From Botryllus schlosseri (Eukaryota): 64,000 nucleotides of DNA. Shown piece after piece: positions 1 through 13,962 of this stretch. Under the pieces are notes generated by a model. It saw only the letters and a program-made list of their open reading frames with translations. It ran no database searches and was not told the origin of the DNA. Numbering within the stretch: the first letter of the stretch is position 1; every line of letters begins with the position of its first letter. Location: the NCBI GenBank assembly GCA_051294905.1, contig CM119372.1:9860001-9924000 (forward strand), given 5' to 3'. Made by a program: the position numbers and the translations under genes.

Positions 1-1512
1 CTAAAACTGAATAAAAATTCTTCAAACTGCTGTGATAGCATATAATAACTTATTGCATGGAATACATCTTATTCGGACAGTGTCTAGGATGGACACATCA
101 TCACCTCTATATCATTATTATTGTCCGGCGTATCTAAACATTCAAATAACCCAACACCGGAATCGCATTAGTTCTTACTACAGAAATACCGAACGAACTC
201 TGCACACTTCCACCATCACTGTCAACCGAAATCAGTGGACGCGTGCTAACGAGAATCGACATGTTAACCATATTTTGTTAATCAATTTCGTTGGCAGAAA
301 CATGCCTTAAATTAACATAAAGCCTTCATTCCGTTATCACACACGGTTTGGATCACGTAAATTTCCAAAGTCATTGACACGTCATCATTCACGAAACAAA
401 ACTTATGATCTCGAGTAATATCCGCGACTGCCAGGAGCAAAATTGTTCGCGCTTTTGTAAAACGATTTATTTTCAGTAAATTAGCTTTGTAACAAATAAA
501 TTCCATAATTTTCCCCTCTCGATACTAAGTTAGGAAGCTATCGAAAGAAGTCGAAATGCCATGACGCAATGAAGCTAGCCTTTAAGAAAACTGAATTGGG
601 GCACCAAGGGCGTAAATCGTAAATTTTAGATGGATTAAAGAGTAGATCATCTGGTTCATCAGGTTTGAGGAAACCGGGTAATCGTGGCGCACATAGTGGA
701 TCGAGTTTCATTTTTAATCCCATGATTTAGCAAACCCGGACAAAGTGTACACTGCGTAAAATTTATACGCATAAATATTTCCGATAATGTCCGCGACGAT
801 TGTCTCATATATAGGTAATGGCTTCCCAAAAGACAATCGGATAATCAACGAATTATGCACGCACCACGCAGTATATCTTATCTATATCTTATCTATCTTA
901 TATATATATATATTTTAATCCGTTGCATCGCTGTACCGTACTAATAGCACACGACTTTCATTTAGCTATGATGATGATAATTCTACCTTTTACGATATCA
1001 GTATCTTTTATCAGCAGCCAGCCGTTTAATTCGACAACCTGACATCTGACAACGCACTCACCACTGGATTGACAACTCTGGACACTTTGGGTAATAATCT
1101 CGCGTAACCTTGTCCGATTTTCTGCACTCTGATCAACAGTTTTTTAATCAGACGATTAACATTCTCGCAGATCAACGAACTTTATTATCTCAACCCAATA
1201 TGCGCCAGACAAGCGTGGTGTATTACGTGAAATTCATTTGGAAGCAAGCATGAATCGACATTCCGACACCTTGTTTCTTATCTACGGGATAACACACCCC
1301 GAATTTTCACTGTCTTTATTACGCTGAGCTGAATTTATTAATCCCAACCATTTGCAATCCAATTTATAACTAATATAATATGTGAATGCACGGCGGGGTC
1401 GGATCAGTACATCCCTATACCCAGAGTCATGTCGATCACACCCTATCCTACTCCGTTAAATTCCTTTGTTATTATTTATATATTTCACGCCATAATACTA
1501 TATCGTGCACCT

Positions 1513-1851
1513 CACGACTCCACTGGTAGTGGTTCGAATCCCGGTTCGGACCAACTTCTATGTGTCGGAGGTTTATCTGGGCTCCTCATCGCCGACCTCG
1601 CTGTTAACGCAGCGTCTTGAAAAGGCCCAGAAGAAGAGTGAGCCGAGCTCGAAAGTCGGCAGCAAAGATCTGTAAAGTGGACGCACGAAACCGAGAGGGA
1701 ATGAAGAGTGGGAGTGAGCGTGGAAGTGAAAAGTCGTCCTCATTACGAAAAAGCAAAGACGCTGGACTTTAAAAATGTACTGTCGTGGCGCACAAGGCCT
1801 AAAACAGGCGATACGCGCCACTGTAAAAGTGTATTCATAATAATAATAATA
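1513..1851 (+). mobile_element. 5'-truncated tRNA-derived SINE (SINE-A) with (TAA)n tail
   Basis: B-box GGTTCGAATCC at ~1531; 13-bp TSD ATATCGTGCACCT at 1500-1512 and 1852-1864; 3' stem-loop GTGGCGC...GCGCCAC followed by (TAA)5; central region similar to the SINE at 10657-10937. Confidence 0.8.
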
Positions 1852-4429
1852 ATATCGTGCACCTAATGGCCGAGCTTTCAAAGTTGAATATCGTTGATAT
1901 TAGTACTTTCGTCGAACTCAATATTCAATTTCTAGAACATACTCCGATCCGCATTTTTTCTTGTACGATAATTGAATGTGACATCATTCGGGAAAATCGG
2001 TTTATGATCGCTGAAATACATCTGAAGTAAAAGTTTTAAGCATCATCATATGTATGAATTGGAACAATCAAATTCTTTAACAATTCCACTAAATTATTAT
2101 ATTTTACGTCACTTGCCAACAATATCGACGATGACTTGCAAGGGAATGTATACTTAAGCCTTAGCGGCCAAGGCTATATACCGGACAAGGCGTTAAGGGT
2201 TAGACTATTGCTACATTGTTATTGATAAGAGTGAAATACCGGTTTCTACACTTGCTACAGATATTACCTCAAAATTAAGTTTGTACAGTAGCCAACACCT
2301 CAATCGGGCGAATTTTTTTATGATAAAATAAACATATCAAATCAAGATAGATCCCGCAAGCCTGCTATATTTTTACATTCGACACATTCTTTCAATCAGT
2401 TTCGTTGATGTCAATAATTGATTGCGATTTTTATTGAAGGCCAACCTCACAGCAGATAGTCACTAAATATCCACAAACGGAATGCTGAGTGGTACGAAGT
2501 TTAATCGGAAAGAATTTATAATGGTGTAAAATATTGTCATACATGGACAAGGTACACAATGTTGAACCTACCAAGGTTCGCTTGTGAACGCGAACCTCCA
2601 AATGTCTGAGGTTCAGACACCGAACGCGAATGTGAACCTCACGTTCACACCATCCCTACCAACAATGTTCTTGCGATGCAAAGCACCCGATATGATTTAT
2701 CAGTAAGACGTATATAGGCTAGAGGTCATCCACATCGCAGTGTTTTCATGAAACCAATTCATGTAGTTGTCATCAACGTAATTTTATTAGCGGGATTCTA
2801 TTTATATCATATACCTACACGGTAAATTAGTGGGAAATTTGGTGCAGCATGCTATGCTTATATAGTACATCGACTATGCAGTGGTTCTACATTACACGTC
2901 TTTCCTTCTGCCAACACGATTAGGCGATTCATGAGTGCAGAATTGGAGATATGCGATGACAGCAATCGGTAACGGCACGTTGCAGCATAAAAGCGGAAGC
3001 CTTGAAACTGCCTGTAATTTCCATGTTCTTTTATTAATATCTGTAGACCTAGGTGGGGTTTTGATTGAATATACTAATCCAAGTCGTTTCGAAGCGTTCC
3101 ATCTATTCTCTGTATCGAAATATTGTGGTATCCATAAATGACGAAAACAATAACTAATTATGATGACGTACAAGAAATTGTAAGTCATCGAGTCGAGTCC
3201 TTTATCAGAATTAGATAGACAGAGGACACCGCAGAAGTTCCCACCACATCGCATCCCATTATATGAGTATATCACCAGCAGGGCCAAAAATGCAGCGTCC
3301 CAAATTGAAGCTCGAAGTAGACCGGAAAATAATTCGTAAATAAACAAAAATAAATACTATTTGGGATATTCATTCAACATGAAGATTTTCGTCGCGCCTC
3401 GCGCGTTTTGTGCCACTTGATTTCTCGATTTTTATGGGGCTACCATACCCAACAAAAAAATTCCATAATTTATAGAAATGACTCCCAATGTATTCGCAAT
3501 TATGAGAGAATGGCATATTCCTGATATCTTCTGAGGCCCTTGCCATGCGTGGCTCAGGGTTCGTTTTGGCGCCGACCATTACCGCGCCCCGGCACATTAA
3601 GAGGTATGAAGTTTAGGTCGGAGTGTGGCTAGGTGTATACTTCCAAAATGACCACCGCGTGTTCGTCGAACACGCTATATGTCCATTGTCCAATTGTCCA
3701 TTGTCGAATTGTCCATAGGCACCTGAATGACCGGAGCCGAGTGGTCCTGTCCTTGCAATCTCAGTCCCACAGTAGGCCTACAAATGGTACGCGCATATGA
3801 AAATGATGTGCCTCTGAAGAAATGCTAATTTCGAATGGTGTTCGTCTCACGAAATAAATTCTTGTTTTAGTTTGGTCTGATACATCTGAGCGATTCTGAT
3901 ATCTAGCGAAAATCCAGACGAGCGGTCACGAAATAACAACATCAAACAAATTATCGTATAATTAATAAAAATGAGCCAAGGAGAAAGTAGATAGACATGT
4001 CTTCCACAGCATCGGCGAGTTAATATAAAGCAAGCAATTTACTGATTGGTCTACCTACATATACCATGTATACTTCAATCATCGAGAGTGGCATAAAATC
4101 ATCCTACCATGCCGCGTGATGCTTCTGTGTCGTCTTGAACGTTGTTTGATTTCTGGGGTAGCCTACTTACATTGGATCAAATATATTTTCACATTAAAAA
4201 AAAAAGCACAAGGCAAGGCATCTCTCTGCCAACAATTTCCTGAATAGACTAAGATAAGAACGATTTAGCTTTCGAAGGTTTTGAATTTGGGACTTAAATC
4301 CAGCCGCACCCATATCGCGCGCACTGGTTTCTCTGACCACACATTCAACAAAAAATTTCTCCAATTTGATATATGAAATTGATCTATACCATTCACTAAC
4401 ATATATTGGAGTTGGTTTCCACGTGTGGC

Positions 4430-7400
4430 TTAAATTCCAGTCACAGTAACGCGTAGCACATCCGAGCTCCCCGTCTCTGAAGTAACCTGCTTCGTGCGAT
4501 CGTCACCAAGGCTGCAAGAACTGAAGAGACGACGGAGATAACGCCTCGTGTGGCTGCGCATTTTCGGCGAGCTGATGTTGTAAAAAATCGGGTTCATACA
4601 CTCCGACAAGCGCAGGCAAAAGTATTGAAGCAATCCGAACCAGTAGTCCGCCACGGGATCGCTCGCGGATAAAGACCATAGCTCGTATGCTGAAATACAA
4701 CATAGGAAGTACAATCGGCAAGAAATCGCACTAGATTAGAAAGAAGGACTTACTGACGAAAGGAAGATACCCGAACAGGAAGGACACGACGATAAGTGCC
4801 AGCTGTAATACGGCCTGCTTCTCTTTTTGCACCCTTTTGTTCATTGCGGTGTCGTTAATCCCACGTGACGACACGGTGTGTTTGTGCACCGACCGGCAGA
4901 TGAAGAGAGACACGATAGCGACCATCAACATGGGCAGCAGGATGAAGAGAATGTAGCTTGACATCGAATACTTTTTGTAGTGCTCGACTCTGTCACGTGA
5001 AAGAACCGAAGTCAATAGCGATGCGGATTATTTGATGTATAGAGGTGGTCTGTAACGAAGGACTTCAGCTTCCTGAAAATAGACCACTGACTCAAGTAAT
5101 TATGTTGTTAGGTTGGAGTCGATAGACTGTACGTCCATTTTCAGTTGATGGTTTCTAGAGAAAAACAACTGTCCGCTTTTTTACTTAGTCAAGAGGAAAG
5201 TAGTTTTTGTCAGGAGTGGTAATTAGTATACTTCTAGTTTTCTAAGTACTGAAGTGAATTTTGTCTAAGTTCACTGCTTATTCAAGTACTTGCGTTTCCA
5301 CACTACTTACGTGTCTACTTGAACTTTTTTGAAGCCAAACTACATACTGTTGCGTTGCAGATTATCTCAATTACATAGTAATAGTTAAATGGAGTTGCAT
5401 TGCATCACATTCATGACTGAAATCGCAATGACAACTGGGCGATGCAGACCCTGTATGAACTATGAAGGCCGCAAGAGGCTCGGCTGACGCTCGGCAGCGA
5501 CTACATGCGGAACAGAGGAACATTTATTCTCACTTTTCGTTCAGCGATGACGTAATCTCTCGTTTTGGCCAATTTAGTGAGAGAGTGAGAATCGTACGCG
5601 CGTACGATTTTACGCGAATGTGACCCAGCTTCAACAGATTGTAATTTCGAACATTTCGAAAACTGGAGCCCGCTACTGATTAAAAATGATCAGCGACGCC
5701 TCGATCCGATTTACTTGTTCAAACTCTTAACTTGATTATTTCTCGAAATAAATAATTTAAGTGGTCTTTCCATGCCTTGATATTCGATGATTCTTCTTGT
5801 CATGAATTTCTGGCATTACTTCTACTTGCTCTTGAGGGTCAGTGGACATTTGCATGTGACACTTCAGCATTCGACATTTGGGCATGCGACACGTTAGCAT
5901 GTGAGTAAGATTAGAGGTTAAAGTCGGGTATGGTATAGATCAGGGGTCACCAACCTGGTGCCCGCGGGCACCAGGTAGCCCGCGAGGACCAAATGTGGTG
6001 CCCGCAAGCCTGTTCTAAAAATAGATCGAATAGCAGCATTTGCCAATATTCATCAGATTATCACCAGTGAACTTTTAAATAGATAAATTGAGTGATTTAG
6101 CTATTGTTGTTTAAATCACACTATAACATGTGACTTAGAAATGACAATACATATGCATAAACACTTAAAATGATGATAGCAAATATCCCCAATTACAATT
6201 AGTAATATACCAACATGCAGTAGAATAACAAGATATCGAAGACGTAGAATAGCACTACTGCGTACTGCCCATACAGGCGATATGACGGCATGCCATCCAC
6301 AGTCTTCTTGAAAGGGCGGGGGGTTCCGTTATGGTAGCTCGATGTCCCGGACAATGCCAAAGTAGTAAACAACATTACTGTCCGGTAGCAAATGGCGGTG
6401 ACGACTAGAAGATGCAGTATGACTAATGTGTATTGCATATTTTGACACAGCTTGTCTCTCTTACACTCAACGCAATTTATAGTACCATGTTTCTAACTTT
6501 CTTTCATCGATGCTGCTGTCAGGTATAATGAAAAATGTCATGTCTGGATGATGAACAGTTGGAGTTTGAAATTGTAGCCTACTACTGCAAAATCACCTCC
6601 ACCTCAAAGCCCACAAGGCTGCAGCAAACTTTTGGTGCCTTGTTGACACGGAAAAGTACAATGGTGAATGATGGTTTCAAGCGTGTTTGGTTCAACTTAT
6701 CGTTGTGAATCAGCCTTTGCGGACACGACATTCATCAAATAACGAACACAGAACACGCCTCACTAATGCACATCTGGAACACTCACTCAGAGTTGCAGTG
6801 TAAGTTACATACCAGAGTACAGCGCACTAGTTGATAGCATGCAATGCCAGGCCTCCCACTGACTGGTTTAAAAACAGATAACACGATGTCCAGTATAACG
6901 TGTGACGAGATTTATTTTAAAATCTGAGCTTACAGTTGTTATTTAATTTATATAAACACGGTGCGAAGTAATTCGTGATTTCTTGAAAAGCCTTACTGGC
7001 TAGCTGGTTGAAATGAGATGTTTTTATTTAAAATAATCTCTTAGAAGTCTTACCGCTATGCGATACCTGCCCAATGCTATGAATATCAAAGCTGAAATTG
7101 TGTCTGACACGGATAAACGGCGGGAGTAAATGGTAGCCCGTCGCTTCAATCAGTACCCAAAAGTAGCCCTTGGTTGCAAAATGGTTGGTGACCCCTGGTA
7201 TAGATTAAGGATTGGTCAGGGTTAGGTTTTGGGTTAGAATATATATATACATGTTGATTTCGGGGTAAGGGCGGAGGTTTAGGTCAAGTTTTTGGGGTGA
7301 GAAACCACATGCCAAAGTGACACATGCCACCGTTCTTGAGTACTAAAAATGACTACTTTGACCAACTCTGTGTATGTCTATATCTGAGATTTTGCAGCTT

Positions 7401-10400
7401 TTCATTCACCCATCAGGATACGAATGGCGCGAGGGAACTATGAATTTTGAATTTCCAGTATCAGTTTGACTGCAGTGTAAATGACACGTGCAGAATGGAC
7501 ACTTCGATGATATTTTCGTATCCTTGAATATCTGCAATGTATGCCTCTCTAAAAACTGTATATACATTTGTTGCACGCCGATGCAGTATCTATAGTTGAC
7601 TTCACCAAGCCATTTCAATACCTTCCCGTCGCAATACAATGTTTCGATGTGATCGCGTCAACAAAAAAAAAACTCTACGATTTACTCACTGGTCTAACAG
7701 TACAGTGCACGCAGGCCACTTCGCATTCGTTTCCCCACTGGTTCTATTCCTTGGTACGCCAGGATCAGCTCCTGTAAATATGGCCATCGGCAGAAACCCA
7801 CATAGGAACGCCACCAACCATGTAATGCCGATCCATGCCTACGAACATCAAACTCCAGTACAAATTACAGGTTTCCAGACATCTGCAATCCGAATAATGG
7901 ATTGTGTGTGAAGATTTGCCACCTTCGGACATATTGCTGTCGTGATTCTGACCGGATTTCTGCTAAACATACCTCATACTTCAATTTGTGGTGAAAATAG
8001 GAATTTATTTCGCTATACTTTCCAACAAAGTCGACTTGCGTTGCGTTTGTACTAGGTATGTGCTTAATAATTTGGGATCTACAGGCCTAATATACAGCAT
8101 GATGTCAGATTAAGAGAATATCAAGTCTAACCCAGGTAACTGTACTTCATTCACCAAATGTAATTGTCTGAATTATCATCTCAGTTATGTTAAATAATAT
8201 ACGAAAAACTAATCACCGTTACAGAAGTAATCGAGAATGATCGCGGCTATCACCTTGCGTCATGACCTCAAATGACGTTAGATGACTTGGTATCGTACAT
8301 GGTGACGTGAATGTATACTGTATACAAATGTCATGTGACCGTGACTAATCCATTACCCAGCGTCAGGGCGATTCAAACCTATAAATGTTCAAAATTCCTA
8401 ATTTGTAAGTATAATCTATAATCCTGTGCTAGAGGCGAGATCTGGAAGCGATGATGCTAACCGTCGAGTCATTTTCAAGCTAGAAAGAATCCGAACTGTT
8501 TATATATCTAAAATCGTAACCACGCGTGTACTGGAATTGCCATAACATTTCAACCGATAAATATATTCATATCGAGAAATCGACTCATTGTTAACAAGGT
8601 ATACGTATACACCCGATCTTTCGATTCGACTAGGAGTAGCCGAAAAATATAGGTATATTATGCAATGTAAGCAATTCCTTCCAGCATCATGCGCTACTGT
8701 AGCTGTTACTAAACGCCCAGGGCAAGGTAATATTCCTTCTACCAACCACAGACCTTGGCGCGTCTGTCAGATATGCGACGAAAGACGACAGAATGACGGA
8801 TCGACAGAAGACGCAGAATTGCAAAATTCAAGATGTGCATCGCGGTTGAAAACGTTGTCATCAAATCGACGGACCAGTAAAGCTGAATAGAATACACTGT
8901 AAATAAATGGGAGGAAATAGGTGTATTTACAAGATTCGCATTATAGCGTAGAGCAGTGGTAGCCGATAGGACGATTCAGGAGTATCACACAAAAATGGGG
9001 TGAAGAGGGTTGCCGTCAAGATAAGGACTGTGAATTTATCGCTACGCCAACTCCTACTACGATGGCTACAAAGAGGTAATTCTCGGCTTGACCGAAAAGG
9101 ATAGCCTTCTTTAGAAACCACCACCAGAACCTTGGGATGAACAATGATATGACGTATATGTTGATGAACTATTTTAGTCATTCGCTCCCGGAGCGTTGCA
9201 CTTAGGGTACTCAAAGTTCTAGGGTGGCGTGAACTATGCTCTCTGTTGTAGGATGCAAATCAGGCCAGCGTCGCCTTTTCGTTCACAGTTTTGTTTCCAC
9301 GCCCATTCCCATGGATGGAAACGAGTGGAAAACACAAATGTTTATTGAATAGTATATTCATATTGAAATGTACCCGAATATTTTCGGCTGACACTCGTCA
9401 GGGGTAATCGTCAGCAACTAGTAGAGAATTCAGAAGAACATCGTATATCAACAATCGTATCACAAAATATGACGTCACCAGCATGAAATTTCGAATACGA
9501 GAGCTTTCAATGTAGCATTCACAGATGGTATACGAACTATTTTTGTTGACACAGCCTTGGCTGGTGTATTTTTTTTTATAAAAGTCGACTCCAAGGCACA
9601 CAAATGAAAGTGTGAACGGCCCCTCCAATTGTTGGATAATCCCGCTTGGGCGAAAAATTATCGAGACGACAGATTTTGTGTCGTTGGGAGGGGCCGTCGA
9701 CAAGACGTGAATATAGGACTAGTTTTCGCCGGGTGGAATGGGTAAGAAAGAACGTTTGCGTGACACCCTATGCTATGGTGGACATCCGGTGAACATATAC
9801 GATTTTCGTTTCCAGTCAACCCGCGTCTCATTCCGCTTATAACAAGTTTGTTGTTTTTGATTGGAATCCGACAGCTTACCTTGCAAAAGAATTCCGGTGG
9901 CACCCAAACGTCAAATCCCAATGTTCTACGATACCAGAACAGCGGACTTATAAGCGCCGACATCAGGTCGGAGACGCAAAGAGAAGTGATGAAAAACATG
10001 AAGATATTTCTGCGAAAAATCATACATACTTTTTTGATCTATTCTATGGTGTACATATCATGGTGTACTTCTACAAACCTGAGAGCTGCCGTACTCTGTA
10101 TCACTAAGATTGTGATGGTGTTCAGGACAACGCCGACGATAAGAAAGAAGAATATCACGACACCAGAGATTATTATGACGTCATCTTTAAATGGGCGGAC
10201 GTAGGGTCTGAATTAATACACATCGATAAATTTGGTGTCTTGTGGTATGGAACTATATGTAAAGTAGCCTGTCCAATGTCATAAACAAAGACACGCGAGT
10301 TTAATTTCGGCTCACGTTTGAATGTGACTGTGAAAGTACGAATATCGCCTAGTGCGAATCCGAGACAATTACATATCATAAATTACGGTATTTATTGGTA

Positions 10401-11829
10401 TATCAATACTTGACAATCAATACTACAAACAACATGGTTTGGTCAGTATCGGGTAATTCCTATGCTAAGTTACTAAGTACAAGTATAGGCTTATATATAT
10501 TGTAAGGTATTGCAATAACTGAACGACTAGGCAATGACAACGAAAATGAAACTTTTGCCCCCAATATTGCATCTGCCGGTAACTGAGATCCTAGCTTTGG
10601 CAACATCCGCTTAATGTCGATATAGGTACACAGGCAATACAAGCAGAAGATCAGTATGTTTGTTTGTTTTTGGGGTATTCATGGTGTTTGTCGACTACTA
10701 TGGTCATTAACACCAGGCCGATATTCTTATTATTTTCAGTAACTGCCGACTTATAGCACGGCCCACCTCTATAGGCTTTTGTAAGACACCGCTGACGCGG
10801 ATGAGGTAGCGAGGAGGGCCTAGGTAAACCTCCAACACTTAGGTATCGGAATTCGGAAGTCCAACTCGGTCGGACTCGAACCCGTACCCATTGGTGTCGC
10901 AGCCGCGGATTATACCACTGCGCTATCTCGCCACTGGAGAAGATCGGTAAAAAAATAAAATAAATTACTTTTCTAGCGCCCTCACCGGCTTCGTAGTGAC
11001 TTTATCTGTGGCGTCAATACAACTGCCATAGTACACACGTGAGTATTGTTTTGAATTTGAGATCGTAAAAGAAGGAATCAAAAATTACGGCCGGATTCGG
11101 ATAGAATTCGGCTCGCCGATGTCTGGCAAGCGTCGGATTAGAATGCGGCAGTTAAATGGATTTGAGCCAGTGCTACTACTTTACCATTACTACTAAATGA
11201 CGACTTGAATTTGATTGCTAAGTCCGTAACCAGGCTTGGGTTTGATAAATATATGAAGTGCCGCGCCTCTGCTTTACCCACGAGTAGGGTTGCATTTAAA
11301 ACAAGCGGTGTTTCAAAACACTTTGTTTAAAAACATGTTTTAAACAGTGTTTTAAGAAGAGGCCTTATAAAAAAATTGTGTTTTTCAAGTTGTAAAATCA
11401 TGGCATAATTGTGTAAATACTTTCCAAAAAACATGTTGTATGAGCCTACGGACAATTACCACCGGATATAGACGACGTATATCGATATGGGATGGTTGGA
11501 ACCCTCAAAATAGTCGGTACAACAACAATAGTACAGATATTCCGTCAAAGGATATATATTTATCCTATATTTTCAATTGTCAATGTCAATCCACTATGAA
11601 GTCACATTTGAATATCATGACGTCATGGCGTAAAAAATGTTTTAAAATAGGGCCTTGTTTTAAACATGTTCGTTTTAAATTGCTTTTTCTTTTAAATACA
11701 ACCCTACCCACGAGTTTATGACACGATGAAGCTTCTGCTCCATGACAGAATGGTGTCTCAAAGCTTTGGAAGGCAAACTTCTAATTACAGAACTACTGCC
11801 AGTACCAAGTCACGATATGTATTAACTAC

Positions 11830-11872
<43 letters not shown>

Positions 11873-12008
11873 GTACACACACATAGCATTCCTATATATA
11901 ATGTAGCCTGCGTATACTAGGAACTAAATAAAAGCGACTTGGGTAAAATAAATCATACTTGGATCCTGCATCGTTCGGAAACGACGATGAAGAGGTATTC
12001 TCATACAT
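4430..12008 (-). CDS. Rhodopsin-like (class A) 7TM GPCR, copy 1; complete 7-exon gene, 360 aa
   Basis: Manually spliced GT-AG exons 11959-12008 (MYENTSSSSFPNDAGS), 10079-10207 (TM1 GVVLN), 9880-10009 (TM2 SLCVSD, FCK), 8754-8882 (TM3 ILRLLSI), 7690-7838 (TM4, WPACT), 4754-4989 (TM5-6, FGYLP), 4430-4689 (TM7 ECMNPIFY). Total 1083 nt, open frame, phases compatible; N-terminal NTS glycosylation sequon. Confidence 0.9.
5040..7370. mobile_element. Degenerate MITE-like element (AAGTA/TACTT-rich ends) hosting nested insertions, in GPCR-1 intron 5
   Basis: Left end AGAGGTGGTCTGTAACGAAG and right end TTTGACCAACTCTG are imperfect inverted repeats; a related end occurs at ~29845-29867; TSD not convincing. 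Confidence 0.35.
5941..7197. mobile_element. Non-autonomous hAT (Charlie/Buster-like) element
   Basis: TIR CAGGGGTCACCAACC / GGTTGGTGACCCCTG; perfect 8-bp TSD GTATAGAT (5933-5940, 7198-7205). Confidence 0.9.
10657..10937 (-). mobile_element. Full-length tRNA-derived SINE (SINE-B) with LINE-derived 3' end, in GPCR-1 intron 1
   Basis: Minus strand: A-box TAGCGCAGTGG, B-box GGTTCGAGTCC; tail (AAAC)n; 12-bp TSD AGAAGATC(A/G)GTA at 10645-10656 and 10938-10949; 3' end matches the 3' UTR of the LINEs in this window. Confidence 0.85.
11285..11706. mobile_element. hAT-type MITE (TAGGGTTGCA family)
   Basis: TIR TAGGGTTGCATTTAAAA / TTTAAATACAACCCTA; perfect 8-bp TSD CCCACGAG; related copies at ~21453-22620, ~24460-24864 and 39930-40335. 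Confidence 0.88.
11835..11868. repeat. (TG)17 microsatellite
   Basis: Direct reading. Confidence 0.95.
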
Positions 12009-12993
12009 CTCGTGTCTTCGTCCGATGGAGAGACTTCGAGTGATCGTAATCTTATTTCTAGCCCCAATATTCTGGGGAGGTAAAGTGTGAAAAGTACGCA
12101 ACCTGTTTAGACCAATGATAATTTCTTCAACAGCAAACTATATCTCCATCATCAGCCCGTCACGCAACAGTCTCACTTTAACGGTGCAATACATTTGATT
12201 GGTCGATCAAGGATCATCTCCCAGAACTCAATCAAGTTCCTACAACTTCTCTCCCATCTCCCAATGAGGATGAAAGCAGTTTTAGATCACAAAAAGCTCT
12301 GCATGGCTTATACTTGAAACATCTTTATTTCATTTGAAGTAGACTACTGATGAGTCTCAAGCTGGTAATCTGACGACTTTGCTGCGCGTTTTTAGCGTTT
12401 TCGTACGAGCTTAATCCGCGAATATACTATCGAACCTATAGTATTAATTACCTTCATACCTGCGTGATATCAGTCGAGATATATTAGCGCTACGCTGTAC
12501 GAGTAGGCCTGCACGTGTTATATCACACTGGACTTCGAATAATTGTACCAATCAATTGCGTGAACCTTTAGGCCAAAAAACACCTCCATATCATATCTTC
12601 TCAGTGAGTCATGTCTGGTATATAGTCAGGCGTAGTTGACTTCACGAAGTACCTTGCGAAACAGCGTCTTCCTAGAAAGTGACGAGATCGCTAACTTTCG
12701 CATGATCGTCAGTATCTCCTATCCAGAATAGTGTGTAATGCCAAACTCAACGACGGCCATTCGTAAAGACAATGTTTGAATTTAAGCCGAAGTTCAAGAG
12801 ACACTCCAGGCGAGATCAACGGATTATGACAATATAGTGTTTTGTCCTAATGAACTTTGGAACTTATAGGGTACAGCAGTGCATAGTGACTCTTACAAAC
12901 ACGGTGGTAGCACTGGAAATTAATTTTTATCGCTATTACTGGAATATCCGGATTTGCTCAAAATATGAAACAACTCGAACTAAATATCAAGAC

Positions 12994-13962
12994 CAGGGGT
13001 GGGCAATTATTTTTCTCTGCTGGCAAAATGAGAAGCAGAAAATACGTCGGCGGGCTGAGACTAAAATTTTAGCTGCACTCCCCAGCGTATTAATTTTATT
13101 TCTAGGTTGAAAGCAGTGAATCACGCTGAGACGTCGGTAATAAATGCTGCTCTGGGGATGTCTTGATATTAGGAAATGAGAAAGTGACGAATAATTATCA
13201 AAAAAATATTATTTATTTGCCGTCATATTCCCAAACAATGGTAAACATGATACATTTTGAACTCTCTTTAACCCCTATCCGCGTTTTTCTATCAAGACAT
13301 TATAATGTATTTGGGATACCACAAAGTTTATTGTCATGGTCGCTGTCTTGGCGAAATAACCTTGTTGTGGAGCGAAGCTCGCAGTTCTTCTATTTCGCCC
13401 GCCATTGACCGAGTGTATGTCTTCGTGTTTTTGACATAAGACTGGCTCAAGGTATATTCTTTAAACACGGCGACACGGCATGACACTAACTACTAAAAAG
13501 ACAGGTTTACCCCTGACTCCAGTAAACGAATATTTAGTGGTCCAAACTTTCTTTGAATTCTGGCTTTCGGCGTTTTTGACGTGCCCGTTAATCGTTTATG
13601 AGTGATGATGACTCATAGCACTTACGGGCACTGATCGACTTGTTTTACGAATTAGGGATTTGGAAATGTATCACGAAACAATTTAAAGCACAGACGGTTA
13701 ATGCGTAATGTGACGATGGCAACAAAGAAGGTTTGGTGACTTCTTTAATTGTTACGGGATAATTTGCTACATTTACTTTATTTTGATTCTGGAATACGCA
13801 TGCGAGATACGTAGGCTGCGTAATCGCGGCATATTAATGAACACTGGACAGGATTGAAAGTAAACGAGTTTTCGGTTAAATTTATACAGCTGAAGGTTTT
13901 AGTCCACGCAGCGACATTGAATTTCGAACAATTTTTCGCGGGCCGCACTTTGCCCAGGTCTG
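12994..13962 (+). mobile_element. Non-autonomous hAT element (CAGGGGTGGGCAA family), older copy
   Basis: Ends CAGGGGTGGGCAA / TTGCCCAGGTCTG; homologous along its length to 15903-17154 and 41679-43020; degenerate TSD ATCAAGAC/GTCAAGGT. Confidence 0.8.

Noticed and set aside
1..1490. Short ORFs at the start of the window (also 2892-3347)
   Set aside because: No motifs or homology recognised; consistent with chance ORFs in non-coding DNA
7205..7300. GGTTAG-like repeats suggesting interstitial telomere
   Set aside because: Few, degenerate copies inside a MITE-like repeat; not a telomeric array
10860..10935. Possible tRNA gene (A and B boxes, minus strand)
   Set aside because: No acceptor stem closes, and it is followed by a SINE body, tail and TSD, so it is a SINE head
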